DNA from: Lingula anatina
Taxonomy: Eukaryota; Animalia; Brachiopoda
Assembly (NCBI GenBank): GCA_051362555.1
Contig: CM120649.1
Location: 7,936,001-8,000,000 of the forward strand
Reading direction: 5' to 3'
Length of the DNA: 64,000 nucleotides
Position 1 is the stretch's first letter. Every line of letters begins with the position of its first letter. Position numbers and translations under genes: made by a program. A model generated the notes under the pieces. It had not been told where the DNA came from and ran no database searches. It saw only the letters and a list, made by a program, of their open reading frames with translations. Below are positions 33,756 through 45,108 of the stretch, in pieces.

Positions 33756-35003
33756 GCCCCTTGGCGTATTAACAGTCTGTGCGCAGAGTCTTTTATCTTA
33801 TTAAAAATTAAATTTTACAAGCGGATGTAAGTAACCATGTAAGAGCTTGTGGTAAGCCAGATGGAATTTCTACTCACCCTGTAAATGAGACTATTTCTAG
33901 TTACAATAAATTATTTCAAATAGCAAAATTTTTATTTCATTTTTTATTTTTATTTGATTTTTTACGAAGCAAATTCTAGCATTGTCTAGTACAAACATTT
34001 CTCGAAAAATCGGTCCGCTATAGCTTCTTAATATCCAGCAGTCACTTATACTACACTATTGTCAACATCCTATCACCTAGTGGTCTATTGCGAAAAGACG
34101 ATTACAATAAGGGTCAGCCCAGAGAGCGTAATCTCGCGACTTAACGTAAAAACTGACGAGAATTGGTAGATTGGAGGTTGAGTGGGGTCTGACATATTGG
34201 CAGACTAGCAAGTGCGGTGTGGCAACGAATATTAGCAGACAGAATGTAGTCATGGGTGTTTTTCAAATTTGTTAATAAACAGACAAGATAAAAGATGGGA
34301 ACCTTAAAACTAAAGACACCAGGACCTGCCTTTTTACCTTTTGGAACTTTTCCGAAAAATGTAGAAATTAAGCTCCTGACCTTGTCAGTAAGAAGAAATT
34401 ACACAATAAAGCGTATATAAGAAGGAATTGGAGGGAGGGAGGGAGGGCAACGAGAAATCGGGAACCCCTCTACATGATAATTTGAATCCGTAGAAGCTGA
34501 TATTAAATCACAAGAACTAGGTTATAATAAATCTTTTATCATTAAAAAGTAGCCTATGTCTGTTTTGTTCATAAAGAGCAACAATTTATTCATGGTGTAA
34601 ATAATGCCTGCCGCTCTTTTGTCTTCACAATAATTGTTTCTTGATTTTTCAAACTCCTGCTTCGGTCATTTGACTACAGCAAAATTTTCTTAGACCAGCT
34701 GTTTAGATGAGATCACAGAATTTGACACTTACAGCGACATACACTGATCGAATCACTCGTTCTCATGCTAAAAATCGGATCCGGTTCCAGTGGTTGCTAC
34801 CAAGGACACATCATACGTCATACGTGGTTCTAAGTTGCTGCTGATATTCCTCACAGTGCAGTTGTATCGACATGAGACATGATCTGCCTCAGCAGACCTC
34901 GTGATACCTATTTTAAACCCGGATTAGAATCTTTTACAGCTCTCAACTTAACATCACTTCCATCCGTGGACAACTATGAGCTACACAAGGTGAGCTACTT
35001 TAA

Positions 35004-37131
35004 GCCTGGATCACACTGCGCTTGCAACCTTTTGGCAACCTCTTTGCAACCTCAGTCTCAGGGAGGTTGCCAAAGATTTTAAAGTGGTCGCATTAGGTTG
35101 CAAACAGGTCGCCTGCGATCGTTGACACATGAAGGCCATTTTTTGTGCACCGACAACCAGTGCGACTAAAGATGAAAATTATCGGTATCCTAAAGGTTGC
35201 CTATCGGTCTCTTCTTGGTTGTCAGTAGGTTGCTATAACCAGCAGCATACCATTTGCAACTGCATGGTCGATTGAGCGTATTTAGTCGACTGGTCGCTTA
35301 CAAGTTTTTTACCAGTCGCAAGTAGTCGGCAGCAGGTCGCTAGAAGGTTGCAGTTGTAACTGCATGGTCGATTGACGGTCTTTAGTATCTTGGTCGCTCA
35401 CAGGTTTTTTGCCGATCGCAGGCGTTCGAAAATATGTCGCAGGAAGGTTGCAAGCGACTGCAAAAAAAAAAAAAAAAAAAAAAAAAATAGGCGTAGGATG
35501 GTGGTCTATTTGGGCAAAGACTTTTTTTTCATAATATGTTATGTAAGCCTTCTAAATATCAAGGTCATAAATTATAATACTTTAGAAAAAGTAAACATAA
35601 ATTGCATTTGTTGGCAACATTTTAAACCAATTGCCAAGGCTTTCATATACCAGGTATTTCACACTTACGAAACCCAAAAAATGTGATGATAAAAGCAATG
35701 TACGCTTTTTTGACGTTTATTTATTTTATCATTTTACGAAAATCATAGGTAAAATGCCGAAAACCTCAATTATATATCGCTGTAAGTTATTTAAAATTTG
35801 CAAACCCATATTATCAGAGTAAACAATGAAACAAATACACGAATGCTGAGAAAACGGAAAATAAAAGCGATTTAATCAGCAAGGTATAACTGCTATTTAA
35901 TATCATAATTTCAACAATCAAAATCATCCACAAACAAATCGTAAAATGTGTCCAATAGACTTAAATAAAAATAGTTTCAACACAAACAATTTAACATCTT
36001 TCCAGTGTTTGGTATCCTCACTACAAGGATGAGAGTGTAAAAAGTACACGATGCGCATGGCTTGTCACGATTTAATTACGTTGTATTGTAAGTGGCAAAC
36101 GCCTAGGATTAAAAAGACAAAGGGAAAACCACACATTCGGTTGTAAATCAGTTGCAAAGCAGTCGGCAACCTGTTGGCAACCGGTTGGATACCACAAGTA
36201 GGTTTTTCGGTCGCCAGGAGGTTATCGGTGCTGCACCGAAAACCGGCGCAACCGGATATTAGCCCAGCGTTCATTTGGAAACCACTTTGCGAGTTGTTGC
36301 AACCGGTCGCCGACCTTTTTACAACCGGTGATAGTTGCAAGTCGCAAAGAGGTTTTTTCTTCGGTGTGACCGTAACTGCACAGGTCTTGCAATCTCAAAG
36401 AGACCAAGTATTTGATCAAGAAAATATTAAAGAGTATTATGAGATTAATAAGGATTAAAACGTATGCAAGTTTATGTTTTTATTACAGCACTGGTTTCGT
36501 TAGGTGAGGGTGTAGTCTTTTCAAAAGTTCATAAAACATTGTTGGTTCTATTTTTAGGAAGGAAATGAAAACTTCCTGATTTTAAATTCGAAGTTCTTTC
36601 ATCAAATGTTTGTAATCGCCTTACAAGGGGCATCTTGCAATCCACGGGTTCACCCAGTATTTTCGACTTTTTTTACTCGTTTTACTTCTTAGGTAAATAA
36701 AGTCAATGATTATAGCAGTCCCGTCTTTTTGAAAAGGAGTCGTTTTACTAGAACATTTTTGTGAGAGGGGAATTTATGTGAAAGCAGCTACTGTCACAAG
36801 TTGGCAACATATATAGTCTGTGCGACCTAGCGGCTACCAGTTGACAAGCGATTGCTACAGTCCTGCAACCGGTTTTCGGTCACCAAGTGGTTGCAGACAG
36901 GTTGTGTATCGCTCGGCAAACAGTGTGCGACTGGTAACCTAGAACTTGAAGATGGTCTATAAGAGGTTGCAGATACCATACTGCAACCTTGTTGCAACCG
37001 GTTTGCGACTGCTTGCCGATAAAAATTGACCAGAGCTTCTTAATTAGCTTGCAAAGTGATCGCAAGCGACCGCCAGATTTTGTGGTTGCAAAAATGTTGC
37101 AAAAAGGTCGCAAGCGCAGTGTGACCCAGCC
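35004..37131. mobile_element. Non-autonomous TIR DNA transposon (Kolobok- or Harbinger-type) rich in GGTCGCA/GGTTGCA motifs
   Basis: TIRs GCCTGGATCACACTGCGCTTGC / GCAAGCGCAGTGTGACCCAGCC with TTAA on both flanks. Absent from the paralogous intergenic spacers. Confidence 0.75.
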
Positions 37132-37530
37132 TTAAGGGGGTGTAACGAGGATTACATGTATATGGTGACTTGATACAATGGACACATATTAAAATATGCC
37201 TTAAATGACGGTATAGTCGCTTTTTCTGTGTCCACACCCACAAGAAAAAAATACTATATGTGTATATATAATTATAAGTAAATTAATAAATAAACGAAAC
37301 ACATTTTATCAGAAATAAACAAACTTCAAAGGAACTAAATCAAAGATTATCCCTAACATGCAATGCTTTCATTTATTCTAACAGTGTTTTCTTTCTCTTT
37401 AAACGTATTACTACTGTAGTACTACATATTGTATTGCATCACTATAAACGAAGCTCTTCGACAGAACTGCAAAACGCGAGCTTCGTGACAACATATAACT
37501 GATGAAATCAGTAACTCAATTTTGCATCAA

Positions 37531-38736
37531 TAGTAGGCTTGTTAAGGACCAAAAAATGGCCAAACGCTGCATTTTGTAGTACAAATGTCTAACTTGGCAT
37601 AAATGTTCCTTGGGCCAAAAGAAATTTTTTTATCCAAAGAGACGCCCTCTATCGATACATTAATTAGCATAAATAATGCAAATTATGTGCCAAAATATAT
37701 AATATTTCATATTTCCATTAATTTTTGGCCTAGAAACATGTATAGATTATCAAACCTGACTAAATTAGGGACAAGGAACCAATTTTTTGATCATTTGGAA
37801 GCAATTGGTGGCCATTTTGTGCCTCAAATCCAAGATGGCCGCCACCCGCCATTTTGAAAGTGGACATAATTTTGCTATTTTATGTTATATTTTGAAGCGT
37901 TTGGTCTAACTTTACTTGATATATATATCGATTCTTACTATTTTGGGGGTGCAAGAGTATTGGACTATATTATGAGCAAAAAAACACATTTTTACCATTA
38001 TGGTACAAAGATGTAATACATATAGTTTCAAAATAGCGAATTATGCCCAATTTCAAAATGGTTTTTGGCGGCCATCTTGGATTTGAGGGATAAAACGGCC
38101 ACCAATGGCCTCCATAATGGTAAAAATGTGTTTTTTTTGCTCATAATATAGTCCAATAGCGATGGTATATAACAAAAAATTGCATTGAGATATATTTGAA
38201 TGCGGGTTATCAATATCCATGGTTTTGCAGCGTTCACACATATCTTGGTAGGCACTTAAAACACCCTCTTTGTTCCTTCAAATCACCTACTATCACCATA
38301 ACAATATCAAAAATGACTTTTGCACCCCCAAAATAGTAAGAATCGATATATATATATATCAAGTATAGTTAGACCAAACGCTTCAAAATTCAACATAAAA
38401 TCGCAAAATTATGTCCACTTTCAAAATGGCGGGTGGCGGCCATCTTGGATTTGAGGCACAAAATGGCCACCAATTGCTTCCAAATGATCAAAAATGGGTT
38501 CCTTGTCCCTAATTTAGTCAGGTTTGATAATCTATACATGTTTCTAGGCCAAAAATTAATGGAAATATGAAATATTATATATTTTGGCACATAATTTGCA
38601 TAATTTATGCTAATTAATGTATCGATAGAGGGCGTCTCTTTGGATAAAAAAATTTCTTTTGGCCCAAGGAACATTTATGCCAAGTTAGACATTTGTACTA
38701 CAAAATGCAGCGTTTGACCTCTTAACAAGCCTACTA
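37531..38736. mobile_element. Non-autonomous Academ-like element with long TIRs
   Basis: TAGTAGGCTTGTTAAG...CTTAACAAGCCTACTA termini and 3-bp TSD CAA (empty site CATCAAAGATAG in paralogous spacers). Inverted arms are about 400 bp and near-identical. Confidence 0.8.
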
Positions 38737-39035
38737 CAAAGATAGAACCACTCTATTCGCTCCAGATATTTTATATTGTAGAGTTATCGTGATCTCACCT
38801 TTCAAAGGAACGGTGGTGATGACAGTTGTATATGTGTACGATTTAAGCATAGATCACATTTACAACTTGAGGTGCACGTCATATGGTCACGTGCTCATGA
38901 GGCCTTTGATTTCTGTTTTATTTAATATGGGTAAAAGTTTGTGAGAAATGTTAACGTGGCCACGTGACAGCACACCTTACTATAAAAACGCCTCCGCCAG
39001 CAACACACCACGCTTACGTGTCTCATTTGGTGAAG

Positions 39036-40321
39036 ATGTCTGTGCTACCCAAGTGTCTCTTGTGTCCAGTCAAAAGATGGCTTTGCAGTCAAGAGACGGC
39101 ACCAGCAATGTACGCTCAAAGGTAGATGCCATTAGAGCCAAGATTTCAGAACTGAACAAGCTCCTTTCGTCTGTGCGAAATATTCCCGATTCCTGCGGTG
39201 AGTTACGCTCATCTAACAACATTGTTAAGAAATTTACATTTGTATTCCGATGGAATACAGTACGGACCACTGAATACATGTTTCAGTGAATCTTCTTAGG
39301 ATTATTCTCTTTTAAAATAAAATTTTTAAACAGAGAACCAGTGCGTGTCTGGCTTTGTGAAGTCCCAAAGCTCGTGCTACAAGTTTGTGAGAGAGGAGAA
39401 GACGTGGCAGCAGGCACAGAATGCCTGTCGTACCATGGGGGCGAATCTGGTGTCCATTAAGTCTTGGGAAGAGCAGAAGTTTATCCTGAACCACATAGCC
39501 CCACACAAAGGTGACAGACACTAGTTCAACACTATCCGTTTGTTGCATGTAAGGTACAGATACTGGTGTCAGTTAATTTGGTTTTCAGTTGATTAGGCCT
39601 ACGTTTACGACATGAACAATCTTTCCTATTATCTCTTTTCTTAAACGGACATTTTTTCGTTTTTGTAAAATTGGGGTTGCCTATTCGATACACGACATAA
39701 GTCTAGTGTGTTATGCGTTGTTACCTACTGCAGATCTGTTCCCGAATTCTGAGGAGTTTCACGCTGGAGCAAAAGACACGGCAATGGAAGGCATTTGGCA
39801 ATGGGTTTCTGACGGATCTCTGGTCCAAGGTGAGATACGGCTTTTCAATGATTTCAATGGTTGTTATTCACTCTTATATTGACTGTAAATGTATTGCCAA
39901 CTATTTAGTTAGTTTTCATGCATTAGTGTTTTTATTGTTGCTGTTGTTGCATTATTTTCGGCAGATCACCATTTTCAACCCACTGGTCTATACATGTATG
40001 ATCTTGTGTAGCCTTCCTCCTCCCGAAAATTGTCTGCAACGACAATCTGATGGTTATATTCCTACTAGTTGTATTTCATAATTCAGTTTGGGATGGATGT
40101 GTACCACTATTAGTTAGGATGTGTCATTGTGTTACAACACAGAGCTCTGTCGTATACAAGTTTAATTTCATCTTTAAGGATACTTAGGCTGGGACTTCTT
40201 CCATCGTTGGCACCAGAGCCGAGGCCAGAACTGTCTGCTGCTGTTTGCAAAAGGCAAATATCTGTGGCATGATGAGCTCTGCAGCAATAAAGCACATTCT
40301 ATTTGTGAAATGGAAAATTGA
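39036..40321 (+). pseudogene. C-type lectin copy 3; exons 39036..39197, 39334..39510, 39734..39829, 40179..40321
   Basis: Frameshifting deletions in exon 1 remove most of the signal peptide and give an early TAG. Intron 1 is shortened and exon 4 has a 6-nt deletion. Confidence 0.88.
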
Positions 40322-41134
40322 GCACCTTGCTGTATTAATAGTCTATGTGCAGAGTCTATACTAGCTCATTAAAAATGAAGTTGTACAAGCGGATGTTAGT
40401 AACAGATAAGAACTTGGGGTAAACATGATGAAATTCTACTCACCCTGAAAACGAGATTATTTCTGGTTACAATAAATCATTTTGAATAGCATGAGTGAAA
40501 TGGTAGATTGTTGTTAGTTAATTTTTTATTTGCAAAACAAATTCTTGCATTACCTTTTATACACATTTCATGATAAATCAGCCCGTTGTAGCTACTTAAA
40601 TCCAGCAGTCAGTTACACTACACTATTGTCAACATCTTGTCACCAAGTGGCATACTGTGAACAGACGATTGCAATAAGAGTCAGCGCATAGAGTCCAAAA
40701 CCTCGCGTCTTAACGTAAAAACTGGCGAGAATTGACAGATTTGAGGGAGAGTGGGGTCTAACATATTGGCAGCCTAGCAACTGCTGTGTGGCAACGAATT
40801 TTGGCTGACAGTATATAGCCATGTGCGTTTTTTCAGATTCATTAATAAAGAGACGAGATAAAAGATGGGAACCTTAAAACTAAAGACACTTTTTACTTTC
40901 GGGACCTTTTCCGAAAACAAATGTGGAAATGAAGCCCCTGCCCTTGTAAGAAAGAAGGGTGGAAAGGGAGGGATGGATGGCAACTTAAATCACAACATGA
41001 AACTTAAGTTCCATGATCAAAATTACTAGGATCTAACAAATTTCTAATCCTTCAAAAGCATTTGTTCTGTCCATAAAGAGCATCAATTTATTCCTTGTGT
41101 AAAATAATTCCTGCCGTACTTTTGTCTTCACAAT

Positions 41135-43748
41135 AACCTTGCGCGCGTTATACGTCACAGGTCTTGCGTAACTACCCGCGTGCTACGATTTTTCCCTTGG
41201 GGGGCAGCAAGCGGCCATTTTGTACACGAGCAAAGCATAGATGGGTGAAAACGATACGTTGTTTTTAACCAAAAACGATGTCCCCAGGGCGAAACTGCCA
41301 ACACCAAAAGTAAAGGAGCATACCAACGTTGTTTTGAAACGATGTGGTTAGCCTGTCAGTGGCGAGTTGGGGAGAAAAGAGCAGCACTGATAACAAGGTA
41401 CTGTATACACGTGAACCGGCAAAGTTACTGATAATTTCATGTTGCAAAAGCATAATTAAATCAGTCAGTTATTTTCCAAAGGATATTATTTGAATAGCAG
41501 ATACATAAATCAAACTAACAACAATAAAATTTTTTGATGACATTGAAAATCAAAACCTGCGGTGCACGATAGGTTGAGGAGGACACTGCCACATCAAGTA
41601 ATGCATGAATTTTGTTACACAACACCATATGCTTGTGTCATTGTTAACTCTGTGGTATTATTACTCAATTTACTGCTCAAATTAATACCTGATACTATTT
41701 CTCAGGCTACCAAGTACAAATCAATTTATTTTGTGGCAATTGACCTCCATGTTCCATCTTGTGTGCAGGTTGTTTATTTTTGTTATCATTATTATTATTA
41801 TTTTTTCAAACACATTTTGATAAAGTGGCTATGCTTTAACAAGAGAAATTTATGCTGAAGTTTAAAAGATTAAATTATCAGTAGTATGTACAATTAAAGC
41901 TATTAATTTGATTATGCATATTTGATTTTCAATTATCTTGATTATGATATGAGGTTTCTGCATTTTTCTCTTGCCCTCAAATCAATATCTAACAAGTAAA
42001 TTGATAGTGCTTTATTACAAATTTGCTTTATACTTTCAGATGTAACAACTGTGTAGCAGTTGGTAAAGCTGTAGAGATTGATGTGAGCATAGATCAGGGG
42101 AAATGGTATTAGAGAAACTAGGAGGACAAGACATAGATAATGTACTAGTAGATCCATCATCACAGCAAGGATAGATGGTGTGATCTTGTCCCTGAAGCTA
42201 TGCCACAAGTTTTCAAACTGGTTGAGTCCTTACTAAGACAAGCTGCTGCGGTGTGAATCGTTGTACATTCAGGTTATACATGGCAGATTTATGACAAAAG
42301 AGACCTTCACAATATACTTCAAAGAAGTTATTCTTGCATCTATGCCTCAAAAGTACACAGTTACAGTGACTAGAGCATTGTCTGCAAATAGAGAGGCAGT
42401 GAAGGCTGCAAGGTGCCATTGTTTTTCAGTATTAAGAATGACAGTATCTGTTTTTTATTTGTTTATTTTTATTTTTCATTTTTAATGGGAGGGAGACTCA
42501 CTTTGTTCTTTCAATGCCCATTCAGTTAAGGGTTGGTGGCAATATATGGTAAATCTGTCATGCCTGTATGTAGAATTTCTCTGTCTCAAATTTCTACATT
42601 TATTGGGTGCATTATGAAGTTTCCTGACTGATTAATGAGGTTACTTGCAGAAATATCTTGCTTACACACATTTTGTGATATTTTTACTACTTTATACATA
42701 TGATTATTCACATCTCATCAGTGGTGTGTGAACGGTACTTGGTATTTGCATTTTAGAACTGTAGATCTGTGTACCAGCAGGGTTATATTTCATATATCTG
42801 TGAATGTTTCCAAAAATAAGCTTCATGTTTGATAATTAATTGGTTTGAAATAAATAAATAAATAACCCAAATAAAATCAATTCATTTTATATTTCACATA
42901 ATTTGTTTTTATTATTCTTCTAAGCATTTAATCATAACATCTCCCATCATTATACTGTTATTGTGTAATAACATTGAAAGTTTCCAAGTTTTTATTAACA
43001 GGTTGATGCTAACGTATTACAAATGAACATAACTTCATAAGCATTAAAACATATTTCCTTACTCAAATGTATCAAACGTACCACTGGCATAATAGCGGTA
43101 AAGATACAGGTAAAGATGACAGCATTGATAACTGAGTTTACAGCGCTTTTAGTGCAGCTTGGCTAGTGTCAGATTGTTATCTGATAAAGTTTGCTACTAG
43201 TACCTGGGAAGAAAAGGTCTGGCACTTGGCAATCAAGTTGATAAAATCACAAAACGCCTGTAGAAAATAGAGCATACCTGTCCAACAGCGATTTGTTCAG
43301 ATTCTTGACTAAGGGGTGCGTTACTGGTGTCAAGGGCCAAGACTTGAACTTTGGGGTTTGGCATGTCACTGGACATTCCTCTCGATTTCTGCCCAAATCT
43401 AATAAAGCCTCAGTTGCTTAACTTTCGCCAAATTTCCAATATCTACAGGTTGTGTTGTTTAATGCTTGGGGTCTCTTCTTTGGTGGCGGTTAATTGGGGA
43501 CACCTGTGCGGCCTGTCAACGCACCAAGATTCACTTTTGCCGTTGCCACATTTTCAATTGCCGTAAATATCAAATTCATGAATAGAATGAGGAAAAATGA
43601 CAGTTATGAAAAAATGTTTGGAAGTACCTGTCACCTTCGCCACAGTAACCATATGGGCTGTGCTGCCCCCCCCACCACAGGCGCCACCTTGCGGAGCAAG
43701 CGTGCGTAATCCAGGGTGCAACTGAAAATAACCTTGTCGCGCGACCTT
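41135..43748. mobile_element. Second non-autonomous ISL2EU-like element (different family)
   Basis: AT TSD relative to the empty site CACAATTGTTT seen at about 57220, and imperfect TIRs. The + strand has a decayed SAP exon (LTKNDVPRAKL...LKRW) and a pre-SWIM segment (YFKEVILASMPQKYTVTV). The minus strand has an LSKE..LMLMKL transposase HTH relic. Confidence 0.65.
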
Positions 43749-43975
43749 ATTGTTTACCTTACTTTTCAAACTTCTGCTTCAGTCACTCGACTACAATTCA
43801 ATTTTCTTAGACCAGCTGTTTAGATGATATCATAGAATTTGAGACTCATAACGACATACACGGTACACTGATCGAATCACTCGTTAAAAATCAGATACGG
43901 TTCTCTTTGTTATTACCAATTCAAGGACACATCATACATCACACGTGAATCTAAGTTGCTGCTAATATTCCTCAC

Positions 43976-44141
43976 CAGGGGCGTAACCAGGCATACGCAC
44001 GGATGCACTGTGCGTACAATTTTTTGAGCCAACCATGATATTATTCTCCATAAATTCAGTGTATTTTTCACGGAATATAATTGTACCTGGGAATTTTCAA
44101 AATCTGTGCGTACAATTTTAAAAGGTCTGGTTACACCCCTG
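43976..44141. mobile_element. hAT-like MITE with 5-bp TSD
   Basis: CAGGGGCGTAACCAG / CTGGTTACACCCCTG with TSD CTCAC. The empty site is present in paralogous spacers. Confidence 0.8.
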
Positions 44142-45108
44142 CTCACAGTGCAGTTGTATTGGCACTTGACAAGATCTACCAGCAGACCTCGTGATAACGA
44201 TTTTAAACCAGGATAAGAGTCTCTTACAGCTCGCAACTAAACATCACTTCCATTCGTGGACAACTGTGGGCTACTTTAAAAGCATAACGACAATTTTATG
44301 ATGATTTGGCACAATGGAAACTTTATATGTCTTAAGTGATGGTATAGTTGCTATTTATGTGTCCATCCCCGCAACAAAAAAAATTTCTAAAAATATATTT
44401 AGATAAGTAAATTAATAAGTAAAGGAAATGAATCAAATCGGAAATAAACTTCAAACTAAATTAAAGATTGTCATTGTGCAGGAACATGTAATGATTTCAT
44501 TTAATCTATGAACGTTTTTTGTCTCTTTAAATCAACTACTACGAATTGCATTACATCACAATAGACGAAGCTCTCCGACAAAACCGCAGGACCCGAGCTT
44601 CATGAGAAAATAACTGCCCTTGAGAAAAAAGTCCTATGTGATCCTATAGGATCTTATACGCCCAATTTCCCATAGGATCCTACAGGAACTTGTAGAATCC
44701 TATAAGATTTTCTTGTTAGGGTGATAGAGCCCCTATTTTTGCTCCAAATATTTCATACTGCAGAGTTATCTGAATGCCGCATGCGCAGTGACCGCAGCTT
44801 TCAAAGGAACGCTTGTGATGACAATGTAATATGCGCACGATTTAAGCCTACTTGAGGTGCATGTCATATTGGTCACGTGCCACTGATTCATGTTTTACTT
44901 TATATGGGTAGAAATTTCTGAGAAATGTTAACACGGTCCCTTGACAAGGTTAAGGGTTAAACGCAACGGGTTGCCAAGAGATCATTAGCGTCTGTTTTAC
45001 CAAATAAGGACACAAATTTCTATACAATGTTAACGTGGCCACGTGACAGGGCACTTCGTTACTATAAAAACACCGCCGCCAGCAACACGCCGCGCTCACT
45101 GCGTGAAG

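Noticed and set aside
37603-38674. Pair of near-identical ORFs on opposite strands (MFLGPKEIF...)
   Set aside because: A by-product of the long inverted arms of the Academ-like element.
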